A DNA stretch of 64,000 nucleotides, from the NCBI GenBank assembly GCA_035419245.1, contig DAOLSP010000001.1, positions 203,364 through 267,363 on the forward strand. The letters run 5' to 3'. Each line of letters begins with the position of its first letter. Within the stretch, counting starts at the first letter, position 1. This document shows positions 1 through 8,735 of this stretch, one piece after another. A program made the position numbers and the translations under genes. A model generated the notes under the pieces. It worked only from the letters and a program-made list of their open reading frames with translations. It was not told the DNA's origin and did not search any database. Source of the stretch: a bacterium (GTDB lineage: Bacteria > Zhuqueibacterota > Zhuqueibacteria > Residuimicrobiales > Residuimicrobiaceae).

Positions 1-329
1 TCGCCTGCCATGTCCTGGGCCGCTGGAACCGCGAAGTGGCCAACCTCAGCGGCGTCCTAAAAATGTTCGCCAAGGTCCTCTACGGCGGACTTCCCCCGGC
101 CAGCAATGAAAAGGCGGTGGAGCTGTTTAAAAAAGCCATCGCCCTGAAACCGGATTACTGCAACCACTATCTCGAGCTCGGCATCACCTTCCAGGAGATG
201 GACCAGTACCAGCCAGCCAAAGAAGCCTTCGAAAAAGCCCTGGCCTGCCCCAACCTGGTCTTCAACGACGATGTCCACAAGAAAGAAGCCAAAGAACGCC
301 TAGACAAGGTGACGAAAAAGCTTCAGTAA
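1..329 (+). CDS. TPR-repeat protein, 5' truncated (RMDN/RMD1-like)
   Basis: The frame is open from the window edge (ACHVLGRWNREVANLS...LYGGLP...EKAVELFKKAIALKPD...HYLELG...AKEAFEKAL). TPR helix pattern; stop at 327-329. Confidence 0.75.
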   Translation, partial: ACHVLGRWNREVANLSGVLKMFAKVLYGGLPPASNEKAVELFKKAIALKPDYCNHYLELGITFQEMDQYQPAKEAFEKALACPNLVFNDDVHKKEAKERLDKVTKKLQ

Positions 330-344
330 TCGGTATGATCGCAA

Positions 345-379
345 AAAGGCCTCCCGGATGTTCTGTCCGGGAGGCCTTT
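345..379. terminator. Bidirectional intrinsic terminator
   Basis: 14-bp stem aaaggcctcccgga / tccgggaggccttt with a 7-nt loop, between convergent genes. Confidence 0.85.
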
Positions 380-404
380 CCATTTCATGCTTCGGCTGCG
401 GATC

Positions 405-3400
405 TCATTTGACAAAGGCCATGCGCCGCAGCTCGGTATATCCCGCCGCTTCCATCCTAAGCAGGTAGATCCCACTCACGACTTCCTGGCCCGACTCATT
501 GCGACCGTCCCAAATCCGGCGATAACTCCCCGCCTCAAAACGCCCCTCGGCCAGGGTGCGCACCGGCTGACCCAGGATATTAAGGACAACCACCCGCGCC
601 GTCCCGCTCTTCGGCAGCGAGAACCGCACCTCGGTGCGCCCGTTGAACGGATTGGGATAGTTCTGTGCCAACGCATAGCGTGTGGGGAGTTCGCTGATGC
701 GAAGCTGTCCGGTCTCGGGGGCTTGCGCCAGGATCCAGCTTCCCGGGCTGCGGAGATCCAGATTCTCCACCTTCCAGTCGCAGAGGGCCCCGGCGGCGCC
801 GCGCTCCTCCACCACGATGCGAACCAAGGCACCGGCGCCGCTCACCTCGGCGGCGCGGTTCTTCTCTGCGAGGCGGGCCAGAGCCAGATCGATAATCCCG
901 CAGCGGGATTCATGGTCGACCATCAGCGCCGTGGTGGCCCCACCCGCCTCCCATAAGGCGCCGGCGGTGATGGCACCGACCCGCAATTGTTCGGGATTAT
1001 AGCGCAGCCGCAGATGGGCCATGGCCAGACCCGAGATCTCCGACGCGATTAATTCACAGAGGTACTGCCCGTCGGCGCCGGGGAGCGGTGAGACCTTCCA
1101 GGCCAGCGGTGTTGCCGTGCTCCGGGAGAGCGCGGCGACCGCAACCGGCCGGGACTGGTACCAGTTCCACATCCGGGTGAAGACGAAGAGATCCTCAAAA
1201 TTGACCACACCGTCGTGCATCACCGTGAGCGCGGGGACACTCCCCGAAGCCGGGCCGATATCGCCGGCAGCGGAGTTCGCCGGCTGCCAATAGCCGGCAA
1301 GCAGGGTGAAATCGCGCAGATCGATGTCGAGATCGCCGTCGAAATCGCCGATCAAACCCACGGCGGTGGCGGCCTGGATATGCGCACCGCTGCTGGCAAC
1401 CGGCAGGTCGGTATTGTCCGGCTGGCGGAGTTGTACGGAGTTCAGATTCAGATCGCTAGCGCAGTCTGCCGTCAGCACCTTGAAGCGAACGCTCAGAAGA
1501 GTGCCGCTGCCACTGGCGCCGGTGGCGGCGCCGACTCGGGTCATGGAGACGTCAACCAGGCCCACCCCGTCGTCGGTGACGATCAGGGTCGGATCCGCGG
1601 CCCCCCCCTGCTTCAAAAAGTCGCCCGCCGCCCAGCTGACCACATCGATTTTGGTCGCGTTGTAGGCGAGGACAAAATGGACCAAGCCGAGGTTAACCAG
1701 CCCGTCGACTGTGACGCTTATATCGAAGGAGGCATCTTTGATGCCAATCAAGGCGGCTGGCGCGAGGGCAATGCGGCTGGCGCCGACATAGTAGCGGCCG
1801 ATATCGTAGCCCCCTTTGCTGCTGCGCTCGGCTACCACCGCGACCTGGCGCCAGGTATTATCCGGCACCGGATTGCTGGTGGTGTAGGTGATGACATACT
1901 GCGAGGTCAGCAGGGCACCAATGGCATCGATGATGCCCGCAAAGTCGGCGCTGATGCTGTACCATAACCCGCTGGTTCGCTCGGCAAGGCTGTGGAAGGG
2001 CGCACCATTCGGCCCGACAACGTGGGTGACGATGCGTTGGCTCTGCAGCAGGGAGATCATTGTCTCGGTCGTATAGGTCGTGGTGCCGCCGCCAGACTCG
2101 CCAGCTTGGTGGTAATCGGCATCGGTGATCAACACCGCCATCTTTTGGCTGGTCGCGCGATAGGAGAGCTTGCTCGCGCGGGCCAGTGCTTCGAGGGCGT
2201 TCTCTTTGGTATCCCCGCCGCCGGAGGCACGCAATCCGTCGATCCACGCCTTGAATTCGGCGGCATCCGCAGTGAAGTCATGCACCTCCTCTGTGCTGTC
2301 GCTGAAGGTGACCAGGCCGAGCCGGAAATCGATCCCCTTGGCGGCCAGGGCGTCGGCGAAACTAAGGGCGCGCGACTTCAATCCGGCGATCTCGTCCCCC
2401 ATGCTGCCGGTGACATCAAAGACGAAGGCGATGTCCGCGCGGGCTCCTGAACCGGTGCTGACCATCTCCACCTTGATCGGGGATTGCAGCAGGCCCTCTT
2501 CCCTCACCTTGAAATTCTCCGCGGTGAGGTCGGTGACCGCGGTATGGCTCGCGGAATCAACGACCGAGACGAAGCTTTTGATCACGGGGAAGGCCTCGGC
2601 GTCGACGCTGCTGACGGTTACATCAAGCCCTGAGTAGGCGCCTGCGCCCTTACGGCCGAACATAAGGATGGTGCCGCCATCGCCGGCGATCCAGCCGGAA
2701 TAAGCGTTCAGGAGGCAGACGGCATTCAGCCCAACGCTCACGCCGCTGGCCTCGAGAATCCAGGTGCCACCGCCGTCATGTGTCCGGTAGATCCGGCCGC
2801 CCTGGCCGACCGCCACTCCATTGCCGGCGTCCGCAAAATCGACGGCATGGAGGGGCAAGGAGCTGACGCTGGTGCTGCTCCAGGTCACACCGCCGTTACG
2901 GGTGCGTAGTACCTTGCCATCGCCGGTAACCGCCCAGCCCTGGTTGGCGTCGATAAAAACCACGCCGCGGATGGCGCTGGTCACGCCGCTGTTCTGACTG
3001 CTCCAGACGGCGCCGCCGTTGACGGTCCTGAGAATGGCCCCCGCCTCACCGACGGCCCAGCCGGTGTCGGGGTTGACGAAGGTGATGTCATAAAAGGTTT
3101 GCCCAGCGGCGCTGTACTGGGAGGTCCAGGTGCTGCCGCCGTTGACCGTCTTCTCGATCAGGCCCTGACTGCCGGCATTCCAGCCGAGCGCACTGCTCAC
3201 CATCTCGTTGGCATAAAGCACCCCCGCAGCGCTGGTCGGTGAGGAGATCCAGGAATCGCCGCCGCTGTTGGTCTTCATGCAGAGCCCCGCCCCGGCGCTG
3301 CTCTGGCCAACCAGCCAGCCGGTGGCAGGGCCGACAAAGGCGAGATCCCGGATCACGCTCTTGGCGGTGATGGCCGCGCTGTTCCAGCTCGCGCCACCGT

Positions 3401-6400
3401 TGGCGGTGCGCACGATCACGCCGTTATCACCCGCAGCCAGGGCATGCAGGGAATCGGCAATAATCGCATAGAGGTTGCTGGTTGTGCCGGAGGAGGCCAC
3501 CACCCAGCCGCTGGTTCCAGAATAAAAGGGCCAGGTGTGTGCATAACCACGGGCGCTGGTGGAAGCCTCGGCCACCTGGCCGCTGCTGTTATAGGTGAAG
3601 GCGCTGTAATAATAAGTGGTTTCGGGTGTCAACCCGGCATCGATGCAGGTGCTGTCGACGCCGGTGTAAACGATTTCCCCGTCGGCGGGATCTGCCGGGC
3701 ATCCACCCATCCGGCGCAGCACTTTGACACCCTCATGCGCTTTACCGGGCGGGAATGACCAGCGGCAGTAGATTTTATTATAAGCGACCGCCACAGCGGT
3801 AAAGTCGCGCACATTGGGCAGCTTGCCGGCAATGTAATAGCGCCCGCTATCCCAGCCGCCCCGGATGCCGCGCGCCGCGGTGATGATGACATCGCGCCAG
3901 GTGTTATCACGTATCGGATTATGGGTTGTGTAGCTCACCACATACTGCGAGGAGAGGGCGACGCTCAACTTATCAATAATCGCCTGAAAATCGCCGTTGA
4001 TATCGAAATAGAGCCCGCCGGTCTCCGCAGCCATCTGCCGGAATTGAGGATAATCAGGTCCGACCACATTACACATGATGCGCTGGGATTGCAGCAGAGC
4101 GATCATGCTGGTGGTGGTATAGGTGGTGGTGCCGCCGCCGCTCTCTCCGGCCTGATGGTAATCGGCATCGGTAATGAGGATGAAAATGCGCTGGCTGACA
4201 GCTCGGAAACTGAGGGTTGTCGCGCTGGCCAGCCCTTCCAGCGAATTCTCCTTGGTATCACCTCCGCCCGAGGCGTACAGGCTGTTGATCCATCCCTTGA
4301 ATGTGGAGATCTCAGCCGTGAAATCGTTGATCTTGTCCACGGCATCGCCGTAGGTTACCAGAGCGAGACGGTAATCGATCCCCTTGGCAGCCAAGGCGTC
4401 CGCAAAGGCCGATGCCCGTTCCTTGAGGCCGTTGATCTCTTCGCCCATGCTCCCGGTGGTATCGAAGACAAAGACGATATCGGCCTTGGCGCCGGAGGTA
4501 CCGCTGACCGATTCCACCGTGATCGGGGACTCTTTGGTTCCATCCTCGCGCACGCCGAAATTCTCTTTCGTCAGCCCGGTGATGGGCTCCATGGTCGCGG
4601 AATCGACGACGGAGACGAAAGATTTGACCACCGGGAAAACGCTGGCATCCACGCTGCTGACGGTCACCTTGTACCCGTGCAACTCAAAGCCCTCGTCGGT
4701 TCTGACCAGAGCCCTCGAGGTCGCGCCGAGGGGCGAATAGCGTCCAGCGCTGTTATAGGCGAAGGCGGCGTAATAGTAGGTGGTATTGGCGGTGAGCAGA
4801 GAGTCCCTGCAAAAGCTTCGGGTGCCATTGTAAATGGTGACGCCATCGCTCACGCTTGCTGGATAGCCGGTTGCGCTGCGAACAATCACCGTACCGGCAT
4901 ATTCATCGCTAGGATTCTCCCAAGTGAGCCCGACGGTATTGGGGCCGGTAGCGCGGGCCGTCAGGTTGGTGATGCTGAATGGATAGCTCGCGCCCTGATG
5001 CAGCCGGAGAATGACCCCACCGGCGCCGACAGCCCAGCCGCACGCGGGATGAACGATGAAAAGGTCGTTGAGCGTGGAGCCCACGGTGCTGCTCTCTTCG
5101 CTCCAGCTCTCTCCGCCATCGTAGGTTTTAAAGATCAGACCGCCATCGCCGGCCGCATAGCCGTGCCAGGAGGAGGTGAAGTGGATGGCGCGCAGTGCAG
5201 CGCTGCTCACCTGAAGCGCGCTCCATGTAGACCCGCCGTTGGTGGTGTGGAGGATTTTGCCGTTTTCGCAGACCGCCCAGCCGAGATTCTCATCGGCGAA
5301 CCAAATGTCATTAATCCGGACATTAATCCCGCTGGTCATGAGCTGCCAGTTGGCGCCGCCATCGCCGGTGCGGAGAATGACGCCGTTATCGCCGGCGACG
5401 ATGCCCTTCTCGGCGTTGAGGAAGTAAACCGCGTAGAGCCCGGCCGCAAGACCCGTGAACTGCTGCGACCAGGTCGCCCCGCCGTCGGTCGTGGTCTCGA
5501 TCTTGCCCTCGTAGCCGCTCGCCCACCCGAGCGTGCCATTGACCATGTGCAGGCTGAAGAGGCGTGCGGTGGTGCTGCTCAGGACCCTGGACCAGGTGAG
5601 ACCGCCGTCGGTGCTCCGGAGAATGGCGGCATTCTGCTTGCTGTCATAGCCCACCGCCCATCCATTCAGGGCGGTGGTAAAGAAGAGATCTTTCAGTGTG
5701 TATTTGGCATCGACATTGCGCACACTCCAGGTCGCTCCGCCGTTTTTAGTGAAGAGCAGTGTGCCGCCTGCGCCGCCTGCCCAAGCGGTCAGGGTGTCGA
5801 GGGCATGGACGGTGTAAAGATCCTGGGTAAGGGGTGCATACTGGCGGCTCCAGGAGACATCGGTGATCACCCCGGGCTGAACCGAGATATAGTTGTCCTT
5901 TCTCACCGAGTAGTCCCGGCTGCCATCGCTGACCCGCAGGGTGACCGAATAGAGGCCCGGTTTGCCGTAGGTATGGACCGGATTTTGGAGGTTGGAATCG
6001 ATGAAGAGGTCCCCGTCAAAATCCCAGTTCCAGGAGATCACGCCGCCGCTGCCGAGGATCTCATGATCGGCTGGCACCTTGGCGCGCCGCGCTGCCAGAG
6101 CGGCCGCGGGGACAGCCGGCTGGATGAGATTGCGCACCGTAACCGCGCCGGTGGCGCCATCGATTTCGCAGACATACCAGAAGGTGCCGGTTCCGGAGGT
6201 AGGAATGGTGATGGTCTGCAACAGCCCCGCCGAGGTGTAGATCTGCACACGCGCGTTGGCGCCGCTGAGCGCCGGCAGCTCGGAAAAATTCTCGACAAAA
6301 CAACGGTAGGTGCCCGGTTGCAGCGCGCCGATGGTGATCGTCTCCGGTCCGTAACCTTCCTGGTGATCGACATCGAGCAAAACGTAGGGTGCGCTTTCGA

Positions 6401-7721
6401 GATTGCCCTTGTTATCCCAATAGATTTCATGACTCACGCCCTCGATCACCGGCGTGCGCAGATGCAGATCGAGGTCCTTGGGCTGGTTGCCCCAATTAAG
6501 GATCAGGCGCATCTCGCCGGGCTTGATGACCGGCGAGAGTGAGATCTCCAAGTATTTGTCCTCGCTCTCGCTGAAGGCGAGAATCGACTCGGTACCCATA
6601 TAGTCGGTGGCGGAGACAAAAAGGGTGTAGCTGCCGACGCTTGAGAGGTCAGTGAACTGCACCTGGAGCGGTGCTTTGCCGGCGAGGGGTTCGGCGCTGA
6701 AATTGGCGGCAATCACACTGGTGGGAATATCCGTGATGGTATAATCGCCGTGGGCATCGGTCACGGTGTTCCGGCCCGCCAGCCAGACCGCCGCTCCGGC
6801 GATGCCTTCCTTGGTGATCGCATCGGTCACACGCCCCCGGAGGGTGGCGTAGGTGCTGGCTTCAACCGGTTTGCCGACGGCAAGGGTGAGTCGGCCAGTC
6901 TGGAAACCCGGCGCCTCAGCTGTGATAACCGAGGTGCAGCCCGGCTCTCTCGCAGCGGCCGATATCTTGAACTCCTGTTCCCGGGTGCCGCGGCTGATCG
7001 TCACCACCTCAGGCACATGCAGGCAGCCCGGATCCGAGGAGGTCAGCGTGATCTTGACGTCGGCAGACGCCACTGTGGCCAGAGAGATTTTAGCCAGGGT
7101 GTAGGAACCCAGTGGCACAATGAGCGGAGCTGCGCTCAATACCAGCTGGGTATTTTCACCGGAGGTGATTTCGATGAGGGCGGGATAATCGGGGTGGTCG
7201 GTCTTGAAATAAAAGGTTACCGCGCTCCCTTTGAGCTCCGACCAGTCGCCCGACCATGCAGGCGGCGCCACCGCCCAGTGCCAGTCGCCCGTACCCCAGT
7301 CGCTGACCTGCAGATATCCGCCCGGTCGGCCGCCGTAGGATTTCCATTCCAGCGTGCCGTCCCCCGAAGCACTCCACTCCTCCGTTCCCGAGCTGAAGCT
7401 GGCCGAATACCGCGAGCCGACGCGGATGCTGTCGATGCCGGCGATATCCTTGGCATCGCTCATTTCGGTGCGAATGCGGAAGGTCTGGACATTGGACAGG
7501 ACACGATCGAAGAGGCTGTCGGAGACCTTGAAAGTGCCCGCGGTGAGCGGAATCGAATAGGGCTGCCACTCGCTGTCCAGCGGCGGGCCGAAAGAGGTCC
7601 GCAAGGTATCCGGCGCCGCGGTGACGGCGATGCGGTTGGTTGCGGCCTGGGACAGGCCGGCAGCCAATAGGAGTAGGATTGTGATCAGTCCGATGACCGG
7701 TCTTGCACTCTTGTTCTTCAT
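405..7721 (-). CDS. Giant secreted multidomain surface protein (laminin-B-like, Ig, YfaP-like, PKD, 2x YCF48-type beta-propeller, 2x FN3-like, 2x VWA, cohesin-dockerin-cohesin, FlgD-Ig/T9SS-like CTD)
   Basis: 2438 aa with a signal peptide. Motifs: SxDGGxTW repeats; VWA MIDAS-like DTTGS and DVTGS; YfaP-like WGNQPKDLDLH...DVD..GYGPETI; PKD WNWDFDGD; dockerin GDFDGDLDIDLRDF...DGVVNFEDLF; C-terminal LAQNYPNPFN...WDGRNESGQEVVSGIYLLRM. Confidence 0.9.
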   Translation of the reverse strand: MKNKSARPVIGLITILLLLAAGLSQAATNRIAVTAAPDTLRTSFGPPLDSEWQPYSIPLTAGTFKVSDSLFDRVLSNVQTFRIRTEMSDAKDIAGIDSIRVGSRYSASFSSGTEEWSASGDGTLEWKSYGGRPGGYLQVSDWGTGDWHWAVAPPAWSGDWSELKGSAVTFYFKTDHPDYPALIEITSGENTQLVLSAAPLIVPLGSYTLAKISLATVASADVKITLTSSDPGCLHVPEVVTISRGTREQEFKISAAAREPGCTSVITAEAPGFQTGRLTLAVGKPVEASTYATLRGRVTDAITKEGIAGAAVWLAGRNTVTDAHGDYTITDIPTSVIAANFSAEPLAGKAPLQVQFTDLSSVGSYTLFVSATDYMGTESILAFSESEDKYLEISLSPVIKPGEMRLILNWGNQPKDLDLHLRTPVIEGVSHEIYWDNKGNLESAPYVLLDVDHQEGYGPETITIGALQPGTYRCFVENFSELPALSGANARVQIYTSAGLLQTITIPTSGTGTFWYVCEIDGATGAVTVRNLIQPAVPAAALAARRAKVPADHEILGSGGVISWNWDFDGDLFIDSNLQNPVHTYGKPGLYSVTLRVSDGSRDYSVRKDNYISVQPGVITDVSWSRQYAPLTQDLYTVHALDTLTAWAGGAGGTLLFTKNGGATWSVRNVDAKYTLKDLFFTTALNGWAVGYDSKQNAAILRSTDGGLTWSRVLSSTTARLFSLHMVNGTLGWASGYEGKIETTTDGGATWSQQFTGLAAGLYAVYFLNAEKGIVAGDNGVILRTGDGGANWQLMTSGINVRINDIWFADENLGWAVCENGKILHTTNGGSTWSALQVSSAALRAIHFTSSWHGYAAGDGGLIFKTYDGGESWSEESSTVGSTLNDLFIVHPACGWAVGAGGVILRLHQGASYPFSITNLTARATGPNTVGLTWENPSDEYAGTVIVRSATGYPASVSDGVTIYNGTRSFCRDSLLTANTTYYYAAFAYNSAGRYSPLGATSRALVRTDEGFELHGYKVTVSSVDASVFPVVKSFVSVVDSATMEPITGLTKENFGVREDGTKESPITVESVSGTSGAKADIVFVFDTTGSMGEEINGLKERASAFADALAAKGIDYRLALVTYGDAVDKINDFTAEISTFKGWINSLYASGGGDTKENSLEGLASATTLSFRAVSQRIFILITDADYHQAGESGGGTTTYTTTSMIALLQSQRIMCNVVGPDYPQFRQMAAETGGLYFDINGDFQAIIDKLSVALSSQYVVSYTTHNPIRDNTWRDVIITAARGIRGGWDSGRYYIAGKLPNVRDFTAVAVAYNKIYCRWSFPPGKAHEGVKVLRRMGGCPADPADGEIVYTGVDSTCIDAGLTPETTYYYSAFTYNSSGQVAEASTSARGYAHTWPFYSGTSGWVVASSGTTSNLYAIIADSLHALAAGDNGVIVRTANGGASWNSAAITAKSVIRDLAFVGPATGWLVGQSSAGAGLCMKTNSGGDSWISSPTSAAGVLYANEMVSSALGWNAGSQGLIEKTVNGGSTWTSQYSAAGQTFYDITFVNPDTGWAVGEAGAILRTVNGGAVWSSQNSGVTSAIRGVVFIDANQGWAVTGDGKVLRTRNGGVTWSSTSVSSLPLHAVDFADAGNGVAVGQGGRIYRTHDGGGTWILEASGVSVGLNAVCLLNAYSGWIAGDGGTILMFGRKGAGAYSGLDVTVSSVDAEAFPVIKSFVSVVDSASHTAVTDLTAENFKVREEGLLQSPIKVEMVSTGSGARADIAFVFDVTGSMGDEIAGLKSRALSFADALAAKGIDFRLGLVTFSDSTEEVHDFTADAAEFKAWIDGLRASGGGDTKENALEALARASKLSYRATSQKMAVLITDADYHQAGESGGGTTTYTTETMISLLQSQRIVTHVVGPNGAPFHSLAERTSGLWYSISADFAGIIDAIGALLTSQYVITYTTSNPVPDNTWRQVAVVAERSSKGGYDIGRYYVGASRIALAPAALIGIKDASFDISVTVDGLVNLGLVHFVLAYNATKIDVVSWAAGDFLKQGGAADPTLIVTDDGVGLVDVSMTRVGAATGASGSGTLLSVRFKVLTADCASDLNLNSVQLRQPDNTDLPVASSGAHIQAATAVGLIGDFDGDLDIDLRDFTLLAGYWQPANSAAGDIGPASGSVPALTVMHDGVVNFEDLFVFTRMWNWYQSRPVAVAALSRSTATPLAWKVSPLPGADGQYLCELIASEISGLAMAHLRLRYNPEQLRVGAITAGALWEAGGATTALMVDHESRCGIIDLALARLAEKNRAAEVSGAGALVRIVVEERGAAGALCDWKVENLDLRSPGSWILAQAPETGQLRISELPTRYALAQNYPNPFNGRTEVRFSLPKSGTARVVVLNILGQPVRTLAEGRFEAGSYRRIWDGRNESGQEVVSGIYLLRMEAAGYTELRRMAFVK

Positions 7722-7817
7722 ATGCGACTCTTTAGTTTTGATGACGAATGATCCTGGATATCGCCGGAGAACAACCCCTCCACCCCGGCCCTTCTGCCGA
7801 TCTCTGTTGAGAAGTAG

Positions 7818-8645
7818 CTACTGAATCACAATATGGCTGCCCAGCGCCACGGCTTGCATGGGATTGGCACGCTTGTCATACAAACCCAGATCCGTCCCCT
7901 TCAGGTTGAGGTCTATATCAGCTGTCGAAGTCGCGGTCGCTTTGAAAAGGATGCGGGCGATCTTGCCCTCACCGCTCACCGATTTGCCCGCAGGGAAGAT
8001 GCCCAGTTGCAAGATCACCTCGCCCGCAGTGTTGTCCTTGCTGAACTGCAACTGCGTGACCGCCCCGCCGTTCTTTTTAAGAAAATCGTCCTCGCGACCG
8101 AGCTCGACCACCTGCAGCTTGGCAGGGTCGAATTTCAATTTGGTACCGATCGTGCACAGGCTGTCCACATGATGGGCTTTGACATAGACCGTGAGGGTGC
8201 TGTTCACGGCCAGGGTGGTATCGATGGGGGTCAAGGTGAGGGCTGGCACCTGAAACTGCAGGGTCAGACGGAGCGCCGTTTTTTGCCCGGCCTTCAGGTC
8301 GAGGCTGTCTTTTCCGGTCAGAACCAGCAGGGTATCCTGGAAAGCTGACACCTGGAAGAGCCGGTTCTTGCCAGGCGTGACCTTGAGCGTGGTCTGGAAC
8401 CGCCCCTCTGCTGCAGCCGAAACGGTGGTATCCAGCGTCATGGTCTTCATCCCCGTTCCCGAGACGGTGATGACCAGCCGGCTGATCCCCGTCTTGAGCA
8501 CGGCGGCTTTGGAGAGCGAGAAGGTTGCCGTGACGCGGGCATCATCCGCGTTCTCCGGCTCGGTCGAGAGGGGCTGGCTGCAGGCAGCCAGTAGCGCCAG
8601 CAGGCCAGCGGCATACAGGCGGTATATTTTTTTAAGGGCAACCAT
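7818..8645 (-). CDS. Lipoprotein with C-terminal cohesin domain
   Basis: Lipobox LLAAC; SD aggag; the C-terminal half shows a cohesin pattern (LTVYVKAHHVDSLCTIGTKLKFDPAKLQVV...VSGEGKIARILFKA...LGLYD). Confidence 0.8.
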   Translation of the reverse strand: MVALKKIYRLYAAGLLALLAACSQPLSTEPENADDARVTATFSLSKAAVLKTGISRLVITVSGTGMKTMTLDTTVSAAAEGRFQTTLKVTPGKNRLFQVSAFQDTLLVLTGKDSLDLKAGQKTALRLTLQFQVPALTLTPIDTTLAVNSTLTVYVKAHHVDSLCTIGTKLKFDPAKLQVVELGREDDFLKKNGGAVTQLQFSKDNTAGEVILQLGIFPAGKSVSGEGKIARILFKATATSTADIDLNLKGTDLGLYDKRANPMQAVALGSHIVIQ

Positions 8646-8735
8646 GGAATGACTCCTATGAATAGAAGGCTTTCACCAGCGTTGCAACTCCATCCGGGCA
8701 GCAGATCCCGGGATTGGGGCCTGGCCCGGCGCACT

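Noticed and set aside
3921-6542. 873-aa plus-strand ORF (also 23865-25691, 37595-39481 and many shorter alternative-frame ORFs)
   Set aside because: These lie opposite or within well-supported genes and are explained by codon bias.
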